DNA of 64,000 nucleotides from sequence record OK040170.1. One strand, given 5' to 3'. Below, in pieces: positions 8,457 through 17,798 of the stretch (the stretch's first letter is position 1; each line of letters starts with the position of its first letter). Below the pieces are notes generated by a model, which had not been told where the DNA came from, did no database searches, and saw only the letters and a program-made list of their open reading frames with translations. The translations under genes were made by a program, and so were the position numbers.

Positions 8457-8972
8457 TTATGCGTTCGCTTTAACGAAGGTAGACTTTGCTGCGTAGAACC
8501 CTAACTTAGTCAGGAATCCCATTAGTGAGACTGAGGATAGGTACCCAGAGATTTCAACCATAGACCAATCTTCGGCGTGGATGAATCCATCGACCAGATA
8601 GCGTCCAGCTCCTTTGTTTCGATGCTCAGGTAGAACAAATACCCGATCAATAATAATTTTCTTAATACCTTCATCCGTTGTTTCCTTTCTTGCATTAATG
8701 AAGCCAATTGGTAGCTCATTGTCATAAACAAAGTAATTGCGTCTAGTGACATCGTCACCCCAGTAATGAAGAATGTGTTCTCGATTGCCACCTAGGCTAA
8801 ACGGTCGATAACCAACCGATTCCTCTATAGCGACTTGGTATTCCTTGTAGGCTTCCTTTGCCAGTCGTGCGTATTGCAACTCTCGACGAGAGCCAAGTAT
8901 CTTTCCAGACACTTCGCGAAAAACAAGTAGGGTGGAACCCACCCTACGTTGTGTTCTTAACAAAGTTCGCAT
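8457..8972 (-). CDS. GNAT-family acetyltransferase
   Basis: IIIDRVFVLPEHRNKGAGRYLV (acetyl-CoA motif A) and GFLTKLGF; TAATG overlap with the PolB gene. Confidence 0.8.
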   Translation of the reverse strand: MRTLLRTQRRVGSTLLVFREVSGKILGSRRELQYARLAKEAYKEYQVAIEESVGYRPFSLGGNREHILHYWGDDVTRRNYFVYDNELPIGFINARKETTDEGIKKIIIDRVFVLPEHRNKGAGRYLVDGFIHAEDWSMVEISGYLSSVSLMGFLTKLGFYAAKSTFVKANA

Positions 8973-10717
8973 TAAGCGATACCTTTAGCTGCTTTGAATC
9001 GTTGCAGTAATTGCATAGCCGTCGGAGCGTTACAAACATTGACCATGATATCAACCGAGTTAACTTTACCAGAGACTAAGTTAAGACCAGCACGACGTTG
9101 TTCTTCCATACTGACACCACGGATACGACACATTGCCCACTTGGTAGTTTCCTGAGACAAGTTCATCCAAACACCAGTAGATGGATAAGAAGACTTAACG
9201 TCGATATCCAGAACCCAACGAATGATCTTAGTGACCGAGTTAGGCATGTCTTCCAGTAGTTTGTTACCCATGTCAGGGTGAACCATGTGAGCTGATAGCG
9301 TAGAGATCCAACCGTCCAACGGAACGAGATGTTTATCCATCTCTTTTTCCATCTTATCGGAAACACCGCTCAAGATATAACCACGATCCAGTAAGTCGAA
9401 GTAGAAGTCATCTGCTAACTTACGGCCTTGAGAACCATAAGAGTGCAAATCACTGTAACCACATTGAGCCGGGAAGGTGGAACGTAAGTCGAGTGTTACT
9501 TCGTCCAACAATTGTGCACCGATGTTATCGAACATGTTGTACACGCAATAAAAGATCTTGTTGTGACGCTGCATGTGTTTGTGCCAGTCCAGGCCTGTCG
9601 CGCGTAGATCGCCATCGCCTTTTAACTTACCAAACCCAAAGGTCTTCTCCAAGATTTTACCCAAGGCATAAGAGGACTCTTTGTTAAGGTGTTTACGTAC
9701 AGCACGACGAACAGACATCTGGTCGACCCAGAAGAAGTTACTAGGGCAGTGAACTTTGTGCCAACGGTCACACGGGTCTTTTGACTCAGCAACACCGTTT
9801 GCATCAAATACCTTAGCCGCACCTTCAATCAATTTGAAGTAACGGAAGTCCTTAGGAACTTTAGGATCGCAGAAGATCTCTTCTGGAGTAAAACCACGAC
9901 GCTCAATTGCCTGAATCATTTTACCGGTATCGTACGGTAAGTTCCAGATGGACAGCATGTCAGGCTTAAGAACGTTGTGCAATTTATCGAAGATCGCTTG
10001 AACTGCTTCGAACTCATCGTCGACAATCTCGACGTGGATATTAAAGTCGTGAACAATGCCACGTTTAGAGAAGAAGTCAAATCCTTCTTTACGATTATCG
10101 ATTTCATGCAGAATAGGTTTTACTTCACGCTCGTAACACGCCTTAACCTCTTCGACGAAGTTAGGGTTTGTTCCGGCGTAGTGTTTGGTAACGAATTGAT
10201 AAACTTCATTACCGCATGACACAGAGATCATGTTGATCTTGTTAGTACCGTAAGTCACATCGAATTCGATATCGAGGTGAGCAACACGATACTCTGACTT
10301 TAAGTCAGGATACTTGTTCATGTAAGCGTGCTTAAGAAGAACCGTAGAGGTTACATCCGTACCATAAAGGTAAGGGTTACGGTTTAACATCTTAAGGCCG
10401 CCACGCATTTTCAATTTACGTTGAATGTCACCGACCATTTCAGCCTGAGTACATTCATAACGACGAACGTTATCCAGTTTCTCCCAGACACGTTTGTCTT
10501 TGTGACGACGTTGAGATTCCAGCGTAATGAAATAAGGACGCTGGTAGTTACGGATGAAGCGAAGGTTAGGTAACTTACGTCCATCCTTCAAGTGAACTAC
10601 TTCTTTAATGACTACTAAGTCATCGGAATAACTATCTTGCTTTGGTGCGTAAGACGCGTGCTTGAACTCAAAACCAAGGATATCATCTTTGGTGAAAGCG
10701 GGTTTTACTTGAGACAT
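8972..10717 (-). CDS. Split family-B DNA polymerase, exonuclease + motif A subunit (phiKZ gp82-like)
   Basis: ExoI AHLDIEFD, ExoII WNLPYD, ExoIII YNMFD, polymerase motif A DIDVKSSYPS; no motif B/C visible. Confidence 0.9.
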   Translation of the reverse strand: MSQVKPAFTKDDILGFEFKHASYAPKQDSYSDDLVVIKEVVHLKDGRKLPNLRFIRNYQRPYFITLESQRRHKDKRVWEKLDNVRRYECTQAEMVGDIQRKLKMRGGLKMLNRNPYLYGTDVTSTVLLKHAYMNKYPDLKSEYRVAHLDIEFDVTYGTNKINMISVSCGNEVYQFVTKHYAGTNPNFVEEVKACYEREVKPILHEIDNRKEGFDFFSKRGIVHDFNIHVEIVDDEFEAVQAIFDKLHNVLKPDMLSIWNLPYDTGKMIQAIERRGFTPEEIFCDPKVPKDFRYFKLIEGAAKVFDANGVAESKDPCDRWHKVHCPSNFFWVDQMSVRRAVRKHLNKESSYALGKILEKTFGFGKLKGDGDLRATGLDWHKHMQRHNKIFYCVYNMFDNIGAQLLDEVTLDLRSTFPAQCGYSDLHSYGSQGRKLADDFYFDLLDRGYILSGVSDKMEKEMDKHLVPLDGWISTLSAHMVHPDMGNKLLEDMPNSVTKIIRWVLDIDVKSSYPSTGVWMNLSQETTKWAMCRIRGVSMEEQRRAGLNLVSGKVNSVDIMVNVCNAPTAMQLLQRFKAAKGIA

Positions 10718-10854
10718 GTAAACCTCATCGAATAAAATAAAAATCTTCTACACCAATAGACCAAGACATTTTTTCCTACACCACCCCGCAAGACGGCCCT
10801 TTCTTGTGTAGCCCTATTTCCTTTATTGTACCTCAAAGAGGCGAGGAATTTGTA

Positions 10855-12177
10855 ATGAATAACCAGTGGTTTAAACCGGCTTCAGTCGTCTCTGTAGAGG
10901 CAATTGATTTCCAAACAGCTGATGTCTTGTGCCGTGAACTTGAAGTTCTCGTAGAGGAATATCGTTTCTCTAAAAGCAAAGACGTTCCAGCTGCCGAACG
11001 TAATAAAGTTTTCTCTGACCTGGCCGCGAAAGTAATCGGCAAACGTATTAAGGCTAAGAAAGTTACCGTCGATGTTGTCAACGCTGACTCGACTTATAAC
11101 GCCTACGCCATGCCGCCAGATCTGGCTAAAAGCTCTGTTCTGATCAAAAGTTATTTCGGTCTGATGGAACAAGCATCTGCAGGTAAGAACGCAATCAAAC
11201 GCGACGCTAACGCAATCGGTTGGGTTGATCTGCGCAAAGTAGAACTGGGCGGTATCTTCCAAGAGATCCCAATCCGTCTCGGCGTGTACAGCGCAGTCAT
11301 CGGTAACGAGTACATGACTCCAGCCGAAGCTGTCGGCGTAATCATGCACGAAGTAGGTCACATCTTTACCTACTACGAAATGCTTTCTACTGCAATCTCC
11401 ACCGCGCTGGTATTGCAGGATTCTGTTAGTCGCCTGATGAAAACCAACAGCGACGAGCAGCGTGTTAAACTTGTCCACAAACTGGAAACTGATTACGACA
11501 TCCGTTTCGAAAATGCGAACGAGTTGGTAACGGCTGAGTCCACCGAAGTCATGACGGTTAACATCATGTCTGAGCTCAACGAGAAGATTCGTTCTGAGTT
11601 TGGTTCTACCATCTACGATAAACGTAGCTGGGAATCTATCTCTGACCAATTCGCCTCTCGCATGGGCTGCACGGTAGCTCTGGCTACTGGCCTGGAGAAG
11701 ATCCTCCGTATGGGTGAAGCCTCCTCGTTCATGTCCGGATTCTCGTTCTATTCCCTGGAAGTAATTAAGACCATTCTGTTCCTGGGATCAATGGGTCTGG
11801 GTATTGCAGTTGGCCCTGCCGGCATCGCACTGAACGTCTTTATCCTTTCCTTGATGGCCATCGTCAACCCGCATGAGCGTCTTTACGACCGTCCGCGCGA
11901 ACGTATCATCCGTATGCGTAACGAAGTTGTCCTGAAGATGAAGAACAAAGATATCCCGGTTGAAATCCGTAAATCTCTGGCCGAAGACCTTCAGGTTATC
12001 GACCACGTTCTGGAAGGTCTGACCGACCGTGAAACTTTCGTCGAGAAAGTATGGCTGCTGGTTTCGCCATCTACTCGCCGTCAGAAAAAGATTACCAAGG
12101 AACTTCAGGAACTGGAGTCTCTGGTTAACAACAGCCTCTTTGCTCGTGCAAATTCATTAAAACTCCTGGAAGGGTAA
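10855..12177 (+). CDS. Virion protein with HExxH metallopeptidase-like motif
   Basis: VIMHEVGHIFTY, later ESISDQFASRMG, hydrophobic helix near the C-terminus. Start moved to ATG 10855 (GAGGA RBS). Confidence 0.7.
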   Translation: MNNQWFKPASVVSVEAIDFQTADVLCRELEVLVEEYRFSKSKDVPAAERNKVFSDLAAKVIGKRIKAKKVTVDVVNADSTYNAYAMPPDLAKSSVLIKSYFGLMEQASAGKNAIKRDANAIGWVDLRKVELGGIFQEIPIRLGVYSAVIGNEYMTPAEAVGVIMHEVGHIFTYYEMLSTAISTALVLQDSVSRLMKTNSDEQRVKLVHKLETDYDIRFENANELVTAESTEVMTVNIMSELNEKIRSEFGSTIYDKRSWESISDQFASRMGCTVALATGLEKILRMGEASSFMSGFSFYSLEVIKTILFLGSMGLGIAVGPAGIALNVFILSLMAIVNPHERLYDRPRERIIRMRNEVVLKMKNKDIPVEIRKSLAEDLQVIDHVLEGLTDRETFVEKVWLLVSPSTRRQKKITKELQELESLVNNSLFARANSLKLLEG

Positions 12178-12183
12178 TTAACG

Positions 12184-12624
12184 ATGAACCGCCAATTCGT
12201 TCAAGAAGTAACTGCTACACTGACTAAGCAGGTCGGTGTAAAACGCTCCGCAGTGAGCCAGGCTCTGCTGCTTACTCTGACCTACGGCCTGCTGATCCCG
12301 CCACAGATCTCGGAAGACCCAGCTGCTTATTACCAAGAACATTACGAAGACAAAGTACGTCGCTTCGTAAACGAGTTCAATGAGCGCTACCTGATCGACG
12401 TGGGTATGGTTATCGAAGGTACTCGCCAAGTCTGGCTTGATCGTTACCGCGCCAACTATATCCACGACGAAGGTCAGATCACCGACTTCCTGGCAGGGAA
12501 TAACCCAGGTCGTAAATATCTGATGAGCATGGATCAGACTCTGGAAGAATCTGCATCTATCGCTAAAGCGGCCGCTGTTCTTTACCCACAGATCTCCGCG
12601 TATCTGATGGGTATCGATAAATAA
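12184..12624 (+). CDS. Hypothetical (probable virion) protein
   Basis: 146 aa, in operon, optimal codons. Confidence 0.8.
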   Translation: MNRQFVQEVTATLTKQVGVKRSAVSQALLLTLTYGLLIPPQISEDPAAYYQEHYEDKVRRFVNEFNERYLIDVGMVIEGTRQVWLDRYRANYIHDEGQITDFLAGNNPGRKYLMSMDQTLEESASIAKAAAVLYPQISAYLMGIDK

Positions 12625-12639
12625 TAGAAGGATGAAATC

Positions 12640-13650
12640 ATGTCCTCAGCCTATCGTGCGTTGGATTCTAAAAGACCGCGCCTTTCTGGTCAGACTTTAG
12701 TTGACCTGAGTGACCTGGTAAAACGACGTCAACACACGGCCGTAGGAGAGGGTGATTCCTTCGGTAATAACGTAGGGTCGGTGTTAACTTCACTGACCTA
12801 TATCGTTGACGGCCTGATGATATTCAGGAAAGTCGCCCCAGTCCTCTCAAAGCAGCGAGTGTTACTTTCTGAACTAACTGAACTTTTACAGTTTGTCAGA
12901 ACCACTCGCCGTTTAACTGGAATTGAGTCTAACCCAGAACTACGGTCTTTAATCGATTCGCTGAATGTACATCGCACTTACTTCTTTGAAGGCATCTGCG
13001 ATAACTCAGCGACAGTTAAACCCTACCTTGATGCAGTTCTCTCAATGACCCGGTTAATCCCGGTTCTGAGCGATTGCAATAATTCGCTCTCAGCAGCCCT
13101 CATTTATCCTTTCATCGATGACTCAGATGAAGTTCTAGGTAATGCCTTAGAGACGCTTAAAAACGTTTCTGAGAACGCCTACAACGTTAATTACGAGTCG
13201 AGTGGCCCTAACCTATTCAAACTAGGTAAGACCCTTCCTGAGTTATGGGAAGAGGAACTGGTCAATACTCCATCGATCGAAATCTCGTGGGCTAACGAGA
13301 AACCCAACTTAGGGATCGTTGATCAACTCTTTAACCAGATCGGATCAGCTCCGCTGGAATCTGCGATCAGATCACTAAGTCAAGTCAGATCCCTCTACAC
13401 GGTTCGCCCTGTGAACGAGGAGATTAAAAACGTGCTCTCTAAAGAGTACGGTAAACTGGCTTTGTCATGGGAAGCGATTGCAGATCGCGTACAGATTCTC
13501 TTGTACGTGGTATTGGGGATGTCTAACATCCTGGAGAAATCGGTAGAAGTGTCTGGCGTTTATTTGTTCCAGCAGTTTGAAGAAGACGAGCCCATGTTAA
13601 ACCTGGTTACTGCAAGGTGCGAACACCTTTTAGGAAACAAGAATGGATGA
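12640..13650 (+). CDS. Hypothetical (probable virion) protein
   Basis: 336 aa, AAGGA RBS, overlaps the next gene by 8 nt. Confidence 0.75.
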   Translation: MSSAYRALDSKRPRLSGQTLVDLSDLVKRRQHTAVGEGDSFGNNVGSVLTSLTYIVDGLMIFRKVAPVLSKQRVLLSELTELLQFVRTTRRLTGIESNPELRSLIDSLNVHRTYFFEGICDNSATVKPYLDAVLSMTRLIPVLSDCNNSLSAALIYPFIDDSDEVLGNALETLKNVSENAYNVNYESSGPNLFKLGKTLPELWEEELVNTPSIEISWANEKPNLGIVDQLFNQIGSAPLESAIRSLSQVRSLYTVRPVNEEIKNVLSKEYGKLALSWEAIADRVQILLYVVLGMSNILEKSVEVSGVYLFQQFEEDEPMLNLVTARCEHLLGNKNG

Positions 13651-14860
13651 GATAGTAAAGTCCGTTCCGGGTATCTTTAGCTTCATCGGTAGCGACGGCC
13701 GTGATTTGCGCGATCTCGCTATGGAACTCAATGACTCCTGGTCGATGTACATCGTTAAACGTAACGGTGACAACGCTCGGTTGTCTGAGTTAGAAAAGAC
13801 CCTGGAAAAAATTAAACGTGAAGGTGCCGACCGCCAGAGCATGACCGCCCTTGAGTCCATGTCTGACTTTGGCCCACTGAACCCGCGTTACCCGCTCTCT
13901 AGTTACACGCTGAAACCGTCTATGACTAACTCCAACGTTGCAGTTGAAGAAGTCAGTAGCCGTATCGTGGATGTTGTTAAGTCCATGATTAAGAACTTAG
14001 TGGAGTTTATCCGCAAAGCGCTTAAGATGATTAAAGAGCACCTGCCTAAGTTCATGAACCGTCGTAAGCAGCAAGCTGAGAAAGTGACTGAACGCATGGC
14101 GGAAGAAAAGCCAACTGACTTCGTGGCTAAAAACGAAGGCGAAGAAAACGATCAGCTCAAAGAGTTGGCTGGTAAGGTAGAAGGTGAGTTTAATCAGTTA
14201 CTGAGTCACTTAACTGATTCTGCGGATCGGATGGTTGTTGAGTATAAACGTACTACCGATTCGTTCCACGGCTACCTGGTTGATGCAATTGATGAACTGA
14301 GTGACATTACCCAGATCATCGAATCACTGCAAGCCAACCGCAATGTTACTGAAAAGCAAATTGCCGACGTCCCTGAAAAGAGCGCATACCAGATCAATGA
14401 GATCAACCGCTTCTCTTCTTACCTCGGTACCAAAGTCGAAGATAACCGCGAAGCGATGCGCGCTATCCGCGACTGGATCAGTACAGCAGAAGAAAAGAGT
14501 GAACGTCTTGACACTTACGACTTCGATCGTATCAAGCGAATGATGCATCACTTGGAAGAACTGCTGACTAACGATAAAGGCGCACTGTTCTACAGCGACC
14601 GTACCGTTAGTGCGTTGAAAGAACTTGGCGATCGTCTCGAAGATTCCGCTAGCAAGATGAACGATGCAGCTGACCGGATGCATCCTGATGCCAACAGCGA
14701 TTGGCCGGATGTCCGTAAGCTGATCAACAGCGTTGCCGGGATTAACGAACTGCACACTCGTGTTATTCGTTTCTTCGAGTTCGGCGATACCTTCTACAAC
14801 CAAGGCTATCGTTTCTACGTTACCTTGGATGGCTGGTTGGCAAAAGCTGAGAAGAAATAA
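13643..14860 (+). CDS. Putative head protein (phiKZ gp86-like family)
   Basis: TALES site followed by YTLKPSMTNSNVAVEE and an amphipathic helix typical of phiKZ-like head proteins. Confidence 0.65.
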   Translation: MDEIVKSVPGIFSFIGSDGRDLRDLAMELNDSWSMYIVKRNGDNARLSELEKTLEKIKREGADRQSMTALESMSDFGPLNPRYPLSSYTLKPSMTNSNVAVEEVSSRIVDVVKSMIKNLVEFIRKALKMIKEHLPKFMNRRKQQAEKVTERMAEEKPTDFVAKNEGEENDQLKELAGKVEGEFNQLLSHLTDSADRMVVEYKRTTDSFHGYLVDAIDELSDITQIIESLQANRNVTEKQIADVPEKSAYQINEINRFSSYLGTKVEDNREAMRAIRDWISTAEEKSERLDTYDFDRIKRMMHHLEELLTNDKGALFYSDRTVSALKELGDRLEDSASKMNDAADRMHPDANSDWPDVRKLINSVAGINELHTRVIRFFEFGDTFYNQGYRFYVTLDGWLAKAEKK

Positions 14861-14866
14861 ACATAG

Positions 14867-14890
14867 GCCAGAGGACCAAACGGTCCTCTG
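14867..14890. terminator. Bidirectional hairpin terminator
   Basis: CCAGAGGACC-AAAC-GGTCCTCTGG, flanked by CATAG and CTATG. Confidence 0.85.
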
Positions 14891-14900
14891 GCTATGCTGT

Positions 14901-17798
14901 TTAGTTGTAACGACGACCAGTGTGGTCACGCCAGTCAATCGCGATATCTTCACGAACCTGATAAGTACCGTCACCTGCGTATTCCAGCAAACGACGAACT
15001 GTAGGCTGTACCGATTGGTCTACTGCAGTGAAGGTGTTAACCTCACGACCATTGCTCATGATGGACATCTCAAAGCCACGAACGTTCTCATCACGTTGAT
15101 CCTTAAACGCAGAGATGATATTCATGGTAGAGACAGTCTCTTTACGAAGCTCGGTGTTGATGATACGACTGATCGACTTACGTAACTCTTCACGATACTT
15201 GGTGTCACGCCAAGCAATATCGGTAAGGAGTACCTTGGTTTTGAACGACAGAGAACCAGAGATGAATTGGCTCTGGCCATCATCCACGATAACTTCCACT
15301 GAACCCAAACTCTGTTTAGGGAAGAACGAGATGTTGGTTTGTTCCAGACGACCACGAGCAACTTCATTCAACCGAGGTAGGATGTCGTTAACTACGCTAT
15401 TAGGTAAGAATGCAGCATCTGATTTCTCAGAGGCACCGTCAGCGTAGTAGTAGTTACCGTCCATGACAAAGATATCGATAAGACGAATAGTCGGACGAGC
15501 AGAAACCGGAACCGGCTGACCATTAGCATCCAGGACTGGATCCCCTGCTTTGAACTTGATGACTTGTTGGCCATCTTTATCCAATACAGGATCACCGGCT
15601 TTGTGCTGCAGGATCAGTTTGAATTCACCGTTAACGATTTCGTACTTAGCCGTACCGTCAGGATTCATTTCAGGAACGTCTTCATCGTAGAACTGATAAA
15701 CGTTAGTGGCGTAGGTTTGATAAACGTAGCTACCTGCCAGAACACGGGAACCAGCCCAGAGGTTATCCAGGGATTTACCCAGCTCCAGAGTAACACGTTC
15801 TTCCATTAACCCAACCGGATCCTTACCTACCAGGAACTTACCTACAATCAGATCAATAGCGGTCTGCTGTAAACCAGGAGGAGAGTAATCCGTCACCACG
15901 TTAATCAGAGTGAACTCCTGTTCCAGCGGAAGCGGGAACTCACGTGGCGTTGCTTCGTACATCGCAAAGTTAGTAACAATGAGACGATCTTCACGGTCAA
16001 TGTCGAAGTCAGTTTTGATCTCGAATGTCCAGATGACGTCTTTGTTAATAACTCCAGCGTAAGTACCGTTCAGATAAGCGTAGTCGGACTCACCTGGTGG
16101 AACGAATGCCAACTGCAGATAACGGTTAGCCGGATCGATAGCCAAGTATTTATCATCGACTGTAGTTTTAACAGTCAGACGATAACCGCCATCGAAACGA
16201 GTGATAGCGAACTCTTTCGTCGTGAGACTAATACCGGCACTAGCATTATCGCGAATAAAGCTACGGCGAATGATAGACGGGTTAGCCAAATAATACGGAC
16301 GCAGAGCGAAGTTGTTGTTCGTTGCATCCAGAACGTAGTGGAACGGAGAGTAAACGTAACTACCGCCATTCACTGCGTTGATCAACGACTCTGGAGTTTT
16401 GTTAATAACTTCAGGCCGCGCATTATCAGCTACAGTTTTCAGCACGCCATTCTCGAAGGAATAAAGAACCCTCGGAGACAACGTTATGCGATCACCGTTA
16501 TCGTAGACACCCTGCAAACCAGCCAGCTCAGTCATTGAGGTCTGAAGCGTACTGATCGCAGTTGCAATACCGGAAGAGAACGGAGAGTTATCTGGAACAG
16601 CCATGGAGGACGTTGCCAGGTACAGACGTTCGGTGATGTCATCGCGAGACTTCAGAATATCGAAGCCCGCCCGGTTCAGTTTCGCTTCAATCTGCGCAGG
16701 GGTGATTGGGATACTGATCTTCGTTGCGTTATTGATAACACGCTCACGTTGCTCTTCAAACGTCAATCCGTTCATACCGCCACGGATGGTATCATCAGAG
16801 ACAAAGACGTAAGAGAGGTTAGGTACCGCCGCAGAATAACCGTTGAGGGACGGGACATCCATATCGTCCCCCCAAACCACACCGAATGTCTCAGAAGCAA
16901 AGTTACTGAGATCCTGAACGATGTCGCCTTTGGTACTGTAAACGTCAACGCGCAACGTACCGGTGATTGAACGGTTAGTCAGATAGATCGGAGGGATAGT
17001 CAAGTTAATGAAACCTTCCGCTACCTGGAGAATTGCCGTCGGGTTGTTTTCATCGTAGACTTGCAGGGAGTGGGTAGTAGACATTTCTGTCCAGTTACCT
17101 TCCTGGCCGAAGAAACAACGCGTGTAGAAGTATTGGTCGTTGAACGGAATAGCAAAGCGAGTCCGAACATCCATTACTTGTTCCAGCGTCACCGAACGCT
17201 CCAGCTGATAAACCGGAATGTAGATCAACATGTACTTCGTACCCTGAGGGTCGTTGATCATTTCCCACTTCAGCATGTTATCGGTCAGCGTCTGAATCGG
17301 GGAAGTTGCATCGGTGTTGTAGGATACCTGAATACCACCGTGCGGCAACTGACGAATCTCCAACGGGTAGAGTAAAGTCAGCGGAGTTCCGCTTGGGGTG
17401 ATCTGAGTATAACGAGGAATGATCACTCGCTTAACCTCAGTATTCGGAATAACCTTCATCGCACGAATAACTTCGTCGTATGCAACGTAGTACATCAGAG
17501 TTACTTTACCAGGACTACCGAAACGTTCCAGGTAATCTGCATCTGACATATGGCCGTACAAGTCAGAAAAGTTGTTGGCGAGTAAAGGATAGTGCCGGCG
17601 GTCGTTAGCCAAAGAAACGTTGATGTGCTCAACTGCTTGCGTGGCACTGACTTCAAGTAAGTGGACAACCGGAGAGTTAACGTCAGTCAAGACGTCCCCG
17701 TCCAACTTACTGGCTAAGAACTCCAAGCCAACTCGTTGAAAGGAAGCTGGGTTCCAGGGCGCTGCCCGGAGCTTAGCTTCTAAATCGTAATCAGCCAT
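14901..17798 (-). CDS. Baseplate wedge protein (baseplate J/gp6-like; phiKZ gp87-like)
   Basis: 965 aa; IRGGMNGLTFEEQRERV resembles the baseplate-J GG.D.E...R motif; synteny. Confidence 0.7.
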   Translation of the reverse strand: MADYDLEAKLRAAPWNPASFQRVGLEFLASKLDGDVLTDVNSPVVHLLEVSATQAVEHINVSLANDRRHYPLLANNFSDLYGHMSDADYLERFGSPGKVTLMYYVAYDEVIRAMKVIPNTEVKRVIIPRYTQITPSGTPLTLLYPLEIRQLPHGGIQVSYNTDATSPIQTLTDNMLKWEMINDPQGTKYMLIYIPVYQLERSVTLEQVMDVRTRFAIPFNDQYFYTRCFFGQEGNWTEMSTTHSLQVYDENNPTAILQVAEGFINLTIPPIYLTNRSITGTLRVDVYSTKGDIVQDLSNFASETFGVVWGDDMDVPSLNGYSAAVPNLSYVFVSDDTIRGGMNGLTFEEQRERVINNATKISIPITPAQIEAKLNRAGFDILKSRDDITERLYLATSSMAVPDNSPFSSGIATAISTLQTSMTELAGLQGVYDNGDRITLSPRVLYSFENGVLKTVADNARPEVINKTPESLINAVNGGSYVYSPFHYVLDATNNNFALRPYYLANPSIIRRSFIRDNASAGISLTTKEFAITRFDGGYRLTVKTTVDDKYLAIDPANRYLQLAFVPPGESDYAYLNGTYAGVINKDVIWTFEIKTDFDIDREDRLIVTNFAMYEATPREFPLPLEQEFTLINVVTDYSPPGLQQTAIDLIVGKFLVGKDPVGLMEERVTLELGKSLDNLWAGSRVLAGSYVYQTYATNVYQFYDEDVPEMNPDGTAKYEIVNGEFKLILQHKAGDPVLDKDGQQVIKFKAGDPVLDANGQPVPVSARPTIRLIDIFVMDGNYYYADGASEKSDAAFLPNSVVNDILPRLNEVARGRLEQTNISFFPKQSLGSVEVIVDDGQSQFISGSLSFKTKVLLTDIAWRDTKYREELRKSISRIINTELRKETVSTMNIISAFKDQRDENVRGFEMSIMSNGREVNTFTAVDQSVQPTVRRLLEYAGDGTYQVREDIAIDWRDHTGRRYN

